Assembly (NCBI GenBank): GCA_951406725.2
Contig: OX597836.1
Coordinates: forward strand, 8,556,001-8,620,000
DNA: 64,000 nt
Direction of reading: 5' to 3'
Source: Octopus vulgaris
Taxonomy: Eukaryota
Shown one piece after another: positions 28,623 to 43,331 of this stretch. The notes under the pieces were generated by a model. It had not been told where the DNA came from and made no database searches. It saw only the letters and a list, made by a program, of their open reading frames with translations. How positions within the stretch are numbered: the stretch's first letter is position 1; every line of letters starts with the position of its first letter. A program made the position numbers and the translations under genes.

Positions 28623-28757
28623 AATAATGGCAGCGATAATAATCTTTGTAGTGCAAAAGAACACAGAAACAATGGCAAAAGAACACAAACAAACGCAAAA
28701 ATATATGAAAACATCTCCGCCCTCAAAACTATGTTGTCAAACATATTTGGTTTATGC

Positions 28758-28789
<32 letters not shown>

Positions 28790-29790
28790 AAAAGGTAGTG
28801 GAGGTACTGGTGGCGATAATGGTAGTGGTGGTTGTGATGGTGGTGGTGGTGGTGATGGTGGTGGTAGCTGCTGTAGCGGTGGTGGTAATGGTGGTGGTGG
28901 TGGTAATGGTGGTGGTGGTGGTAATGGTGGTGGTGGTGGTGGTGGTGGTGGTGGTGATGGTGGTGGTGGTGGTGATGGTGGTGGTAGCTGCTGTAGCGGT
29001 GGTGGTAATGGTGGTGGTGGTGGTAATGGTGGTGGTGGTGGTGATGGTGGTGGTAGCTGCTGTAGCGGTGGTGGTAATGGTGGTGGTGGTGGTAATGGTG
29101 GTGGTGGTGGTGATGGTGGTGGTAGCTGCTGTAGCGTGGTGGTAATGGTGGTGGTGGTGGTAATGGTGGTGGTGGTGGTGATGATGGTGGTAGCTGCTGT
29201 AGTGGTGGTGGTAATGGTGGTGGTGGTGGTAATGGTGGTGGTGGTGGTGATGGTGGTGGTGGTGGTAATGGTGGTGGTGGTGGTGATGATGGTGGTAGCT
29301 GCTGTAGTGGTGGTGGTAATGGTGGTGGTGGTGGTAATGGTGGTGGTGGTGGTGATGGTGGTGGTAGCTGCTGTAGCGGTGGTGGTAATGGTGGTGATGG
29401 TAGAAATGGTGGGGGTGGCGGCCGTGGTAGTGGCGGTGGTGATAGTGGTGGTGGCAATGGTGGTGTCTGTGTTGGTGGTGAGGTGGTAGTGGTGGTGGGG
29501 ATGATGGTGGTAGGAGGTGGTGGTAATGATGGTGGCTGCAACGGTGGTGTTGGAAACAGTGGTGGCGGCGACCGCGGTTGCGGTGGTCGTGGTGGTGTTG
29601 ACTGTGGTGGCGGTGGTGGTAGTGGTGGTGGAAGCAGCGGTGGTGGTGGTGTTGACTGTGGTGGCTGTGGTGGCGGTGGTGGTAGTGGTGGTGGAAGCGG
29701 CGGTGGTGGTGGTAGTAGTGGGGATGGCGGCAATGGTTTTGTTTGTGTTGGTCGTAGTGGTGGTGGTGGTGGTGGTAGTGGTTCGTGCTA
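28790..29790. repeat. (GGT)n-derived higher-order minisatellite
   Basis: Anchor GGTAGCTGCTGTAG recurs seven times between 28863 and 29376, mostly at ~70-115-bp spacing. Confidence 0.9.
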
Positions 29791-30252
29791 GTGTTTTTGC
29801 TGTTATTGTAATTATAACTTGTGTTGTTGTTTACATTAGTGTTATTGGTTTTTTTTTTTGTTCTTTCACCTAGTTTCGTTTTTGGTAAGGCTATCAAGAG
29901 GAATTTCGCATTTCTATGTGTTTTTGAAAGATTCTTGATGTGAATTCGTCTGTTGAAACAGATGTTATATCTCGGGAGGTTCATTTCGCCAATAAGTAGC
30001 TCACGCACTGTTTCTGTTTCGATTCTTTGTTGTTGTTGTTAAGGCGGCGAGCTGGCAGAATCGTTAGCACACCAGGAAAGATGCTTAGCAGCATTTCGCC
30101 CGTCTTTACATTCTGAGTTCAAATTCCGCCGAGGTCAACTTTCCCTTTCATTCTTTCGAGGTCAATGAAATAAGTACCAGTTGAGTGCTGGGGTCGATGT
30201 AATCGACTAACCCTACTTCTCCCAAACTTCAGGCCTTGTTCCTATTGGAGAA

Positions 30253-30311
<59 letters not shown>

Positions 30312-30988
30312 GAAAGCGGTGAGCTGGCAGAATTGTTAGCACTCCGGACGAAATGCTTAGCGGTATTTCGTACGTCTCTATATTCTGAGTGTGCAATGAT
30401 CTGAAAGGGTGCTAATCAGATGGAACATAGTCAGGAGAGTAAGAACTATGAGGCTAAACTTCCATATTTAATGCCATAGTCTCTTCCTGGGTGATTTGGG
30501 CATTATGTAATCTTTACAATTGACCAATCATCGGCACTTTTTTATTCAATGATTACAAATGGCCACGATACTACTCAACCTGGAAGAGTGGGTGAGAATC
30601 CTAAAAAAACTTTGTTGAACCGGGGAACTTTTTGAACTCCAGGAAAGAAGTATTCAGTCAATGCCCTAGTTCATCTAGTTCAGACATGGAATTCCCCATT
30701 CGTTGAACAGACCTTCCAAGCTCTTTCCAATACCATAACGCCCGGAGCAAATATGAGGGGGATAACAATTATGTTTTGTTTACAAATCCAACTGACCATC
30801 ATGTATTTCTTCCTCCAGTTGTAGAGGGGTTATGTCCCTACAACCATTTGAGTCTAACGAGTCACCTATACTGCTATGCGCTTTTTAAGTGCGAAACCAA
30901 TGGTCATTCAGTGACCTGTCATAAATTTTTAACTTCCTAAAAAAGCTTTGCACTGTGTTTCTTTTTCGTATATATGAATAACCGACGA

Positions 30989-31056
<68 letters not shown>

Positions 31057-31146
31057 GGACTCCTTCATAGAGTAACTGCTGCATTTGTTGAGTATATAAA
31101 CAGATTGGCTACTTGTTTCTATGGAGACTGTCAGGATGATGTGGAC

Positions 31147-31185
31147 GTCTCTGATGAGACCCAAGTTTCGAAAATCGATTAAGGT
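31147..31185 (+). ncRNA. Degenerate hammerhead motif in a (TA)n-embedded insert
   Basis: GUCU-CUGAUGA-GAC(CCAA)GUUUC-GAAA-AUCGAU-U-A/AGGU. Stem III is palindromic (AAUCGAUU); stems I and II are weak. A 19-bp tandem duplication spans 31165-31202. Insert 31053-31238 has an upstream TATATAAA. Confidence 0.5.
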
Positions 31186-31237
31186 TTCGAAAATCGATTA
31201 AGGTTGTCTTCATTCTACGGAGAAATGGCTAAAATGG

Positions 31238-31297
<60 letters not shown>

Positions 31298-31640
31298 GTA
31301 TATATATTTATATTTATATAAATGTATTGTATCTATACAAGTATTGTATATGCATGCGTACATATGTGTATGAGTGTATATATGTATATACATTAGTGAC
31401 TTTGAATAGCTGTATGCAGGCACCAGTCCTTGTATGCGTATGTAGCACATTGCTTTCTCAGCAAAAGCAGTTCTCCAAACACGTATATTTTGCAGATTAG
31501 TACGAGTAGCTATACATTGCAAATAGCCTCATAATGTAACAGTACTCCTGTTTAAAATAACACGAACATATACGTGTATATGTGTGTATACATACATACG
31601 TGTAAGTGCATATATATATACGTCTATAATTACATGCATA

Positions 31641-31684
<44 letters not shown>

Positions 31685-31985
31685 CATACATATATATGCA
31701 TAAAGACAATATATATGTCTGTGCGCGGGAGTGTATATATGCTTACATATATACATACCTAATACATACATACATACATATATATATGTGTGTGTGTGAG
31801 TGTGTGCGTGTGTGTGTGTACAGAAATATATATACATTTATACAGATATACGTATATATACACAAAATCTCATACATGCATACATAAACACACACACACA
31901 CACACATATATACGTATATGTATATGCATATACTATATTATGTATAAGTATGTATATGTATGTATATATGTATTTATGAATGCAC

Positions 31986-32040
<55 letters not shown>

Positions 32041-33385
32041 CATATATATGTACATATATGTAGGTGTGTGTGTGTGTAGAATATGGACAAGAGTTCTCGG
32101 TGTAAAGTTGATACTGAATCTTGTGTAAGAAGTAAATAAATACTTGTTGTTGACTGTAAGGGTGTGTCTGGGTGTTGGGGGGTAGTGCCATGTATGTGGG
32201 TAGACCGATTGATTAAATTATGGTGGTGGCGGCGGTGATGGTGGTGATGGTGGCGGCGGCGGTGGTTGTGGTGGTGGTGGTGATGGTGGTGATGGTGGCG
32301 GCGGCGGTGGTTGTGGTGGTGGTGAGGAGGATTATGATGGTGGTGGTTGCCGTTCTGGGCTGGTTGTGATGATGGTGATAGTTGTCATGATGAGAGCCAT
32401 CGTCATCATCGTTACCACTGGCACCATCACCATCACAAGCGCCACCATAACCACCACCACTATGCTCATCATCATCATCATCATCATCATCACTACTTCC
32501 ACCATCATTACTTCTACTACTCCACCATCACCACCACCATCACCATCACCATCACCATCACCATCACCATCGCCTCAGTTAAAACCGCTACTACTCCACC
32601 ATCACCACCACCATCACCATCACCACCACCGTCACCATCCCCGTCACCACCTCCGTCACCACCACCACCACCACCACCACTACAACCACTACCACTGCCT
32701 CCGTCTTGACTACCACCATCGCCCCTGTCACCACCTCCACTGCCACCGCCACCGCCACCACCACCACCACCACTACAACCACCGCCATCACAAGCATCGC
32801 CTCCGTCACCACCATCACCACCACCACCACCACCACGACCACAACCACTACAACTGCCTCGGTTTAGACCACCACCATCATCACCATCGCCCCCCCGTCA
32901 CCATCTCCACCGTTCTATCATCAACGCTTATTCCATCCGTCTGTCAAATGCATGTTAATACTTTACAATTTTACAGACAACTTATCTCAAACGGACAGCA
33001 CAAGTCTATATTAATACTCCAACAATGTCTACTAGCACCACCACCACCACTACCACTACTGCTACCACTGTCCGCCCCCACAACCACCACCAACAAACCA
33101 CCACCATATCTAACATTGACCAAAGCCTGCTCGAACTAACTGCAATAAATAGCTAAACTCCTTTTAAAACTCATCATATCGAACGTGAAAACGAAACGAT
33201 ACACTGGACAATAGAGCAGCCATAGAAATATTGGGTTGTCCAGAAAGTTCGTGCCGATTTATAGTAGCTTACCTTTCGACTTATTTTAGAACGTGGTTGA
33301 GTCCATAAAGCAGGATTTGACTAAACCTCCATTTAGAGCACAGTTTAAGCTATCTTTTCGTGGAAGAAGGTTTATGTTCCTATAA

Positions 33386-33700
33386 ACGATAAACGTCGCC
33401 CTTTTCAAGTCTAGCCAGGCTCATGGGCCCGGTTTCCCGGTTTCTGTAGCATATGTGTTCCCCCAAGCTAGACGGGACATCAGTCCATCGCAGCGTTACT
33501 CAAGAAACAGGAAGAAAGAGTGAGAGAAAATTGTGGCGAAAGAGTACAACAGGGGTCACCACCACCCCCTGTTGGAGCTTCGTGGAGCTTTTTAGGTGTT
33601 TTCGCTCAATAAACACACACAACGCCCGGTCTGGGAATCGAAACCGCGATCCTCCGACCGCGAGTCCGCTGCCCTAACCACTGGGCCATTGCGCCTCCAC
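33386..33700 (-). mobile_element. SINE family C (tail type 2) nested in the mariner, 13-bp TSD
   Basis: TATGTTCCTATAA duplicated at 33373-33385 and 33701-33713; tRNA-like head on the minus strand. Confidence 0.93.
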
Positions 33701-33740
33701 TATGTTCCTATAACCTGTGTTAATTCTGTAACCCTTTAAA

Positions 33741-34063
33741 ATGGAAGATAAGAAAGTTCATTTTCGGCACTTGATGCTTTTCTTTTTCCGTAAAGGGAAA
33801 AACGCCTCACAAGCAACCAAACAAATATATGCAGTTTACGGTGATGTTTCTTTATCCGAAAGAACTGTACGGAAGTGGTTGGCAAGGTTCCGAGCTGAAG
33901 ATTGTAGCCTTATTGATAAAGAGCGATCAGGCAGACCATCCGCTACAGATGATGACCAAATCAAGTCATTAATTGAGAATAACCCACATTGCACAACCCG
34001 AGGATTGGCAGAAAGCCTCAACCTATCAAAATCCGCCGTTCATGAGCACCTGGTAAAGCTTGG
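33741..34063 (+). pseudogene. Mariner transposase N-terminal HTH domain, truncated before the catalytic DD34D domain
   Basis: MEDKKVHFRHLMLFFFRKGKNASQA...YG...LSERTVRKWLARFR...L.D.ERSGRP...IENNPHCTTRGLAESLNLSKSAVHEHLVKLG, then runs into the right TIR. No WVPHEL motif or catalytic domain. Confidence 0.92.
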
Positions 34064-34563
34064 GCAATGCCAAGTATTAATTAACCTTTTCGGCTCGAAA
34101 CTTCAGGACAACCCAATATATAAAAGATGAGATGGTCGTGGTTGGAACGATGATAATAATCTTTTCTACTATAGGTACGAGGCCTGAAATTGGGGGGAAT
34201 TTTGTCCGGCGTACTAACATTTCTGCCTATTGACCGGCCGCCTTAGCATTGGACAAAATATTCCCCCGCAGTATTCGATCCGGCGCTTTGAGGTTAAATC
34301 CTCGCCGATGCCGACGATTATCCTTCATTTTTTTTTCGGGATTGATGAAAGAAGTGATCAACCCAGGGGCTCACGATCATCCGATCCCTAACAACGCCGA
34401 ACTGAATCTCTTACGATATTTCTTCAATTTGATTTACTTTTTTTTTTGCCGGTGGTGGCAGTGGTAGTGGTGGGAGTGGGACTGGAATCGGTGGCGGAAT
34501 GTTGCGACATCGGATTATAACGATAACAGTTGACGCAGCAGACGGAAACATGAATAAACATGG

Positions 34564-34602
<39 letters not shown>

Positions 34603-34701
34603 CACACACATAGATACATATATATGTGCATATATTTAAATATATATATATGTATATATATATACACACACATATATAGATACGCAAATATACATATATA
34701 A

Positions 34702-34760
<59 letters not shown>

Positions 34761-34815
34761 CAAACACACATATATATGTGTGTGTGTGTATATATATATA
34801 CATATATATATATGA

Positions 34816-34928
<113 letters not shown>

Positions 34929-35329
34929 TTATATATGTATATTTGGGTATCTATATATGTGTGTGTATATATATATACATATATATACATATATATGTGT
35001 ATGTATATACATACATACATACATGCGTCTGTATATATATATACATATATATATATACATATACATATATATGTGTATATACATACATACATACATACAT
35101 ACATACATACATACATACATACATGCATGCGAATCCGTCGGCACAAACATGCAAAGACATATTGACGCAATATTTAGAAGTAAATCGAAAACGGTAAACA
35201 GGAAATATTGCACCGATCAACAACAACAACAACAGTAAAAAGGATAAACAACATCAACAATAATGGACAAAGATTACAATAAAAATATTAAACACAACAA
35301 AACTAACAATAAAACAGCAATAATGCTAC

Positions 35330-35339
35330 CACCTCCTTC

Positions 35340-35370
<31 letters not shown>

Positions 35371-35390
35371 TCGTTCGTTCTCTGTTTCTT

Positions 35391-35430
<40 letters not shown>

Positions 35431-35563
35431 TCGTTCTTCTTTCCTTCCTTCCTTTCTTCCTTTCGTTCTCTCTTCCTTTCTTTCTTACTTTCTTTCCTTC
35501 GTTCTCTCTTTCTATCTCTCTTTCTTTCCCCTCTTTCTTTCTTTCCTACCTTCCTTCCTTCCT

Positions 35564-35615
<52 letters not shown>

Positions 35616-35745
35616 ACTTTCTTTCTCCCTTCCCTGCTTTCTTTCTTACTTTCTTTCTTTCGTTCTCTCTTTCTTTCTCTCTCTCTCTTTCTTTCCTCTC
35701 TTTCTTTCTTTCTTTCCTTCCTTCTTTCTTTCTATTCCTATCTCT
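35330..35745. repeat. (CTTT)n polypyrimidine tract
   Basis: Directly visible; explains the SFFL-repeat ORF. Confidence 0.95.
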
Positions 35746-36011
35746 TTCAACAATAACAACAACAACGGCGACAATGACGTTAATAACACTATCAGCCGAA
35801 CAACAACAACACCATCAACAACAACAACAACAGAAGCAAAACCAAAAGCAAACAACAGAAACAGCAACAAGCATTTGTAAACGACATCAAGAAGAAGAAC
35901 AACAACAAACAGTAAACAGTGGAAGCCAAATATTTTGACGAAAATGTCCATGAAACAGCAACAACAACAACAACATCTGAATGATATCATCTGCAACAAT
36001 AATAATGATAA

Positions 36012-36224
36012 TCTTTTCTACTAAACGAACAAGGCCTGAAATTTGGTGAGAGTGATTAGGTCGACTACATCGACCCCAGTACGCAACTGGTACTTAATTA
36101 ATCAACTCCGAAAGGATGAAAGGCAAAGTCGATCTCGGTGGAATTTGAACTCAGAACGTAGCGATGGGCGAAATACCGCTAAGCATTTCACCCGGCGTGC
36201 TAACGATTCTGCCAGCTCGCCGCT
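36012..36224 (-). mobile_element. SINE family A
   Basis: Reverse complement of the family A head and body, with the alternative tail (AGGCCTTGT..TAGTAGAAAAGATT). Confidence 0.87.
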
Positions 36225-36312
36225 TTAATAATGATGATGATGATGATGATGATGATAATAATAATAATTATATAATAATAAATAATAATAATAATAATTA
36301 TATAATAATAAT

Positions 36313-36391
<79 letters not shown>

Positions 36392-36405
36392 GTAATAATA
36401 ATAAA

Positions 36406-36945
36406 TGCCCTGATGCAGTACCAGGCAGTGGCTCTCATGGCTTCTGATCTTAACTGATTGGAAGTGTTATCATGTACATTGTTTTGTCTTGGTATAAAAG
36501 ATGGGCTACAGCAAATATTCTGCTCAATACCACAGATTTGCTTGTCAGTTGTTTGACCGTAACCAGTTGACCATGTACCTTAGTGGCTGACGATATGCGC
36601 ATCTCTGATCACGAGCAGAAGTAGTGGGGGAGCATCATAGCCATGTGTTGAGAGGGATTCTTGGAGGTTTGGATAATTCACCTTTGGAAACATGGGTGGT
36701 TCGTTCAACAGCCTTAAGCAACCCCTATTCAGGGACCTTTTGAGCCGGATGGGCTACTCGACCAGAAGAAAATTCTAACTGGGCCCCACATGCAAGGTCA
36801 TGCGCTGTTTATCTTGATATGAGATCACCATGCCGCGCACATATGGTTGTGATGCATGTGCCTAGTGTACCCTTATTAGACGGGTATACTGGGCTTCGTA
36901 TATTTTACTTGTTTCACTTTGATGGCACGCACTGCTCTCTCACTC
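36406..36945. mobile_element. Unclassified ~540-bp insert embedded in an (AAT)n tract
   Basis: Complex, higher-GC block sharply bounded by (AAT)n on both sides. Single copy in the window, no recognisable ORF. Confidence 0.45.
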
Positions 36946-37790
36946 AATGATAATAATAATAATAATTTCAAATTTTGAGACAAGGCCAGCCACTTCGGGG
37001 GAGGTGTTATGTCGATAACATCGACCCCAGTGTTCACCTGGTACTTATTTTAGCAGTAGAACGCCACCCTTGGAAAAGAAAAACATCACAGCTCACGACA
37101 CGAGTTTTACATTTGTATGCTATTTCTTTGAAACAAAATATAAACAGCTATGTAGTTGATCTGAAAGAAGATAGAGTTGAAATACGCTACTCTCGTATCG
37201 TACATTTTTTATGTTAAAAAATTTTTTTTTTTTTCTTTATTCCTGTATACATCACCATATTGTATTTTCTTGCACAGAATCATACATTTTTCTCCTTACA
37301 AAACCACTTTAAAATATTTTTTGATACGCATATGATGAAACATACCAAGATTTGCCTTTTTTTCCCACAAAATATACTTGTAAAACAGAGGTGGGACTTA
37401 TGCAACAGCGTTTCTCGTTCGCGAATACTGCATCAGCTAATTGTCTTTGAGTCTTTGAAAATAATACCATTATGAAAAATTCTAGGAATAAAATCTCATG
37501 ATTTTGTGAGAAAAGAACTGATTCGTGGCATAAATATATTAACCGTATATGGCTGAAGTAATAATTATTTCTGTCATAGACACAAGGCGTGAAATTTGAG
37601 GGTGGGGGTGTGAGTGGTTTAATCTAATTGATTACATCGACCCCAGTACATTACTGGGTTTTATTATAACCACCCGGAATGGGGTGAAAGGCGGAGTTGA
37701 CTTTGGCAGAATTTGGACTTTGAATGTTATGCGCAAAACATTTTGTCCGGCGTCATTTTAAACATTCTGCCAATCAACTGACCTTATATA

Positions 37791-37860
<70 letters not shown>

Positions 37861-38222
37861 ATATATATATATTGTGTGTGTGTGTGTGTATGTGTGTGTA
37901 TGTGTATACACATATACAGACGAGGGCTGGCTACTACTATGGCTTCTTATCTTGTATCTTTTATTTGTTTCAGTCACAAGACAGCAGACGTTTTTTTACA
38001 GTCGAATAAATCTATCCCAGTTCCTAATTTTAAACCAGGTACTTATTCTATCAGTATCTTTTTGACAAACCGCTAAGTTACGGTGACGTAAACACACCAA
38101 CACCAGTTGTCAAACGGTGGTAGGACACAAAAGCAAACGCAAAGATCTGAGTTTGGTTGACGGAAACTGAAAGAAGCCCGTTATATATATATTTAAAATA
38201 TTTTATAATTATATACATAATA

Positions 38223-38634
38223 GGCGCAGGAGTGGCTGTGTGGTAAGTGGCTTGTTTACCAACCACATGGTTCCGGGATCAGTCCCACTGCGTGGCACCT
38301 TGGGCAAGTGTCTTCTCCTATAGCCTCGGGCCGACCAAAGCCTTGTCAGTGGATTTGGTAGACGGAAACTGAAAGAATCCCGTCGTATATATGTATATGT
38401 ATGCGTGTGTGTGTTTGTGTATCTGTGTTTGTCCCCTTAGCATTGCTTGACAACCGATGCTGGTGTGTTTATGACCCCGTTACTTAGCGGTTCGGCAAGA
38501 GAGACTGATAGAATAAGTACTGGGCTTACAAAAGAATAAGTCCCGGGGTCGAGTTGCTCGATTAAAGGCGGTACTCCAGCATGGCCGCAGTCAAATGACT
38601 GAAACAGGTAAAAGAGTAAAAGAGTAAAAGAGTA
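38223..38634 (+). mobile_element. SINE family B, full-length
   Basis: Complete head, internal microsatellite and (GTAAAAGA)3 tail. The 3' part is nearly identical to the reverse complement of 63888-64000. Confidence 0.92.
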
Positions 38635-38759
38635 TAATTATAACAAGGGATTGACTGTATGCCTCACCACGCATTGTAAATAAGACGCCAAAAAAACACT
38701 ATTACCACCTTAAAATCTCCAAGAATAACACACCATATTTATTATCTCTATATATATTA

Positions 38760-39150
38760 CTAGCAGTATCGCCCGGCGTTGCTCGGGTTTGTAAGGGAAA
38801 TAACTATAAAGCATTTTTAGAGAGTTATAGCCAAAAAATAGCAAAAAATGCATTAAAAATGGAAAAAAATTATGGTAAATTTTTTTTTAAATCGTTGACT
38901 CATCGTAGACATTTTTAATTAGTTACTTCCCTTTATTTAAAAAATATGCGTTAAAATGGAAAAGAATGATGTTAAATTATTTTTAAAATCGTAGACTCAT
39001 CGTAGACGCGCGCTAATACTCAGAAGGGCTTGATATGAATCACGACTATAAGATACCCGGTTTTGGTTAAACAGCATCGCAAAATGTGGGAGTAGTTAGG
39101 AATCTAAATCGAAGGGGACAGACACTCACACAACTACAGTTTTATATATA
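38760..39150 (-). mobile_element. Non-autonomous Helitron-like element with internal repeat
   Basis: Minus strand ends CCCGAGCAACGCCGGG hairpin + CGATACTGCTAG|T. Internal ~100-bp duplication (AAATCGT.GACTCATCGTAGAC at ~38890 and ~38987). The far end ACAGACACTCACAC..CAGTTTTATATAT resembles that of 18508-19150. Confidence 0.65.
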
Positions 39151-39636
39151 TTATAATGAATGAGCATGGGACTGATTCTAGAAAGTTCTCCTCTGAAGCA
39201 CAAGTCCGGACAAGGTCGTTTATGGAAGACCAGCGGTCATCCATGCAAACCAGCCTCTCCTTTCCACGCCACCGATGCTATCCAAGGGAAAGGCAAAGGG
39301 GCCGAAACCGCTTGGCACCAGTGACGTCACAATGCATCTCTACAGCTGAGTGAATCGGAGCAACGGGAAAATAAAGTGTCTTGCTCAAGAACACAGCGCA
39401 CGAATATTACCGACTAATGAATTCCAGACGAGGTTTGAACTGGGAACGTAAAGAGACACAACACGGAGTAATGCCGCTGCTCCACCAGTTTGATCGTCGC
39501 ACAACGCCGATGCTTCAAAGAATCCGCCGATCTGCGTCTTAAAAATAAGGATGATAATGTTTTAGAAAAGTAACCACAACTGTTGCAACTACTACGAATA
39601 AAAGCGCAACAAATTCATATACATACATACACACAC

Positions 39637-39729
<93 letters not shown>

Positions 39730-40406
39730 ATATATTATATATATTTATATATATATATACATACATACATACATACATATATACAATTTATTATATTTAT
39801 ATATATATATATATATACACACACAAATACATGTATGTATACAGATGTGTGTATGCATGCACGAAAAGAAACGGCGTAGAAATCTGGACAAACTTGAAGT
39901 AAAATAAGTTGAAGAATTAACGACGGCGACACCGACAATAATGACGACGACGACGACGACGATGATGCTGATGATGATGATGATGATGATGATGATGGTG
40001 ATGGTGATGGTAGAGGAGAAAAGTGGCGGGGCGATGGTGGCGGCGGCGGTGGTGGTGGCGGTGGCGGCGATGGCTTTAATTAACTTACTTTTTGGCGGTT
40101 CTGTAAGAGTTTTAGTTAAAGGAATGTTTAATAATGGAGCTGATAAAGTGTTGCAATATGGTAATACGGTAATATTATGGTGGAGATAGTTTAGAGAGGA
40201 GCAAGAATATAACTGAAGAACAACACTTCGGGAATAATGGCTTCTTGAAACGAGGAAATGGGGTCCTCGAAAACCAACAACACACAAAAACAACAACAAA
40301 AAACAAAAAAAACAAAAAACAAAAACAAAGACAAACAAAAAAACTACAGTTATGGATGTATATATGCATGCATGTATGTATGTGTGTATGTATGTGTGTA
40401 TGTATG

Positions 40407-40448
<42 letters not shown>

Positions 40449-41385
40449 ACATATATGTATGTATATATACATGTTTGTATGCAAGTGGGTATGTATGTGT
40501 GTATGTATATATGTATGAATATGTATGTGTATATACATATACGTATGTATGTGTGTATGTGTGTATGTATATGTGTATGCATGTATGTATGTATATATAT
40601 ATATATATATATGTACATATATGTATGTATATATGCATGTTTGTATGCAAGTGGGTATGTATGTGTGTATGTATATATATGTATAAATATGTATGTATAT
40701 ATACATATACGTATGTGTGTGTGCATATATATATATGTATATATATGCATGTATATACATGCATGTTTGTATATATGTATGTGTGTATGTATGTATGTGG
40801 GTATGAATGTGAATGTATCTATATATATGTGTGTTACTATATATGTATGCATAGATACATACGTACACATACATACATATATATATACACACACACTCAC
40901 ACACAAATATATATATATATATAGGTATAGACCTATACCATTTCTTGTTATTCTTAAACTTTAAGATAATAACCTTGTTTTAATATACATATATACGTAT
41001 GTGTGTGTGTGTATACATATATGTATAGATATGTAGATATATGCATACATAAATATACTCATATGTGTGTGTCTATACGTGTGTGTATACATATACATAC
41101 AAAGAAATGTGCATGTTTGTGTGAGTGTATACATAATAAAAGATATGGTTTACGCATGGGAAGAGCTATTGAGAGAGAGACAGACAGACAGAAAGAGAGA
41201 GGGAAAGAGAGGGAGAAGAGAAGAGAGTGAGCGTGTGCGCGTTTGCATGCGCACGCAATGTTTTATACGTACAGCAGACATTTTGTTTTGATTGCTATTA
41301 TTTGAGTTTGTCTTAAAGACTGAAGACTTTTATGCATCTAACTACTGTAGCGATGATGTGAGAGTGGAGTGTGATTCTTTATACA

Positions 41386-41441
<56 letters not shown>

Positions 41442-41559
41442 CATGCATATATATATATCTGTGTATGTATGACTGTATTCGTGTGTATTTCGATCTGCAA
41501 ATCTGCACGTGAATGCAGACATACTTAATTATCAGATAATGCATGTGAAAGTTATAATC

Positions 41560-41616
<57 letters not shown>

Positions 41617-41880
41617 CACATATATATATATGTGTATATATGTATTGTAAATATATTATATAAACATGATACAGGTGTGTGTGTGTGTGTGCATATATAT
41701 GTGTGTATGTGCAAGTATGTCTGTACATTCATGCTCACATACGAGTAAGCAATATGTATATATATGTGCGTGTATAAATACAAATATATGTGAATGTATA
41801 TGTATATATATGTACATGTATATATATGCATGTATATATCTGTATACTTATGTATATATATGTGTGTGTATACATATACA

Positions 41881-41916
<36 letters not shown>

Positions 41917-42079
41917 TATATACATATATATGTATATATGCATATATGTATATGTATGAGTGTATGTATATATTTATGCATGTATAACGATTATCTGTCT
42001 CTTTCAAATATTTGTATAAGCTTTCTGTCTCATTTTTTCTCTTTATGTCTCTCGCTTAAACACACCTCAACTTCTGGTG

Positions 42080-42108
42080 TATATGCAAGTGAATATATAT
42101 ATAACCAT

Positions 42109-42166
<58 letters not shown>

Positions 42167-42477
42167 ATACACACACATACACATACATACACATACATGT
42201 ACATGCATACAAATATATATACATGTATATAATTATAATAATATATATGTAACGGTATATATATATGTATATATATATATAAATACATACATACATACAC
42301 ACACAAACACACACACACACACACATATATTCCATTCATAGGAGCACACACGCACACGAATACACACACATACACATACATACACATACATGTACATGCA
42401 TACAAATATATATACATGTATATAATTATATATATATATATATGTAACGGTATATATATATATATATATATATATAA

Positions 42478-42509
<32 letters not shown>

Positions 42510-42586
42510 GTATACACACATACACATACATGTACATGCATACAAATATATATACATGTATATAATTATATATATATATGTAACGG

Positions 42587-42624
<38 letters not shown>

Positions 42625-42642
42625 AATACATACATACATACA

Positions 42643-42681
<39 letters not shown>

Positions 42682-42730
42682 ACACACACATATATTCCAT
42701 TCATAGGAGCACACACGCACACACACACAC
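42080..42730. repeat. Higher-order duplication of compound microsatellite blocks
   Basis: Anchor TGTAACGGTA occurs three times (~42248, 42442, 42579) and TATTCCATTCATAGGAGCACAC twice (~42328, 42693). Confidence 0.9.
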
Positions 42731-43075
42731 AAAAACACACAAACATAGAAAAGCTGGAGAGCTTGCACGTACATTCATACGTGACTTTAAAACCTTTAAA
42801 CGATATTTAAATATTTAACAAGCTAAACGTCTTTGAGATGCTGCACAATTTACGTGCATCTTTAGATGTGCAGCACAATAAGTTGATGGCTGTTTTTTTG
42901 TAGAATGTGGTGCTAAGAAGAGCAACGCTATCAAATATCTAAATAACTCTTAAAGCTTTGAAATTTGATTCTACAGCTTAGAGAGAAAAAGGAAAAGTGC
43001 TTAAAGAGAAATTACTGTTATACGTACAAAGACACAAACACAACAACAACAACAACAACAACAATAATAACAATA

Positions 43076-43106
<31 letters not shown>

Positions 43107-43138
43107 CGATGATAATAATAATAATAATGATGATGATG

Positions 43139-43205
<67 letters not shown>

Positions 43206-43276
43206 GGATGATGATGACGATGATAATAATAATAATAATGATGATGATAATAATAATAATGATAATAATAATAATG

Positions 43277-43331
<55 letters not shown>

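Larger units (their letters stand above)
33231..34116 (+). mobile_element. Internally deleted mariner transposon
   Basis: TIRs TTGGGTTGTCCAGAAAGTTCGTGCCGA and TCGGCTCGAAACTTCAGGACAACCCAA, each flanked by TA. Contains a transposase N-terminus. Confidence 0.92.

Noticed and set aside
28584-30008. Gly-rich ORF with GGGSCCSGGGN repeats, resembling a structural protein
   Set aside because: Starts inside a SINE, shifts frame to poly-Val mid-repeat and is open on both strands; better explained as a minisatellite.
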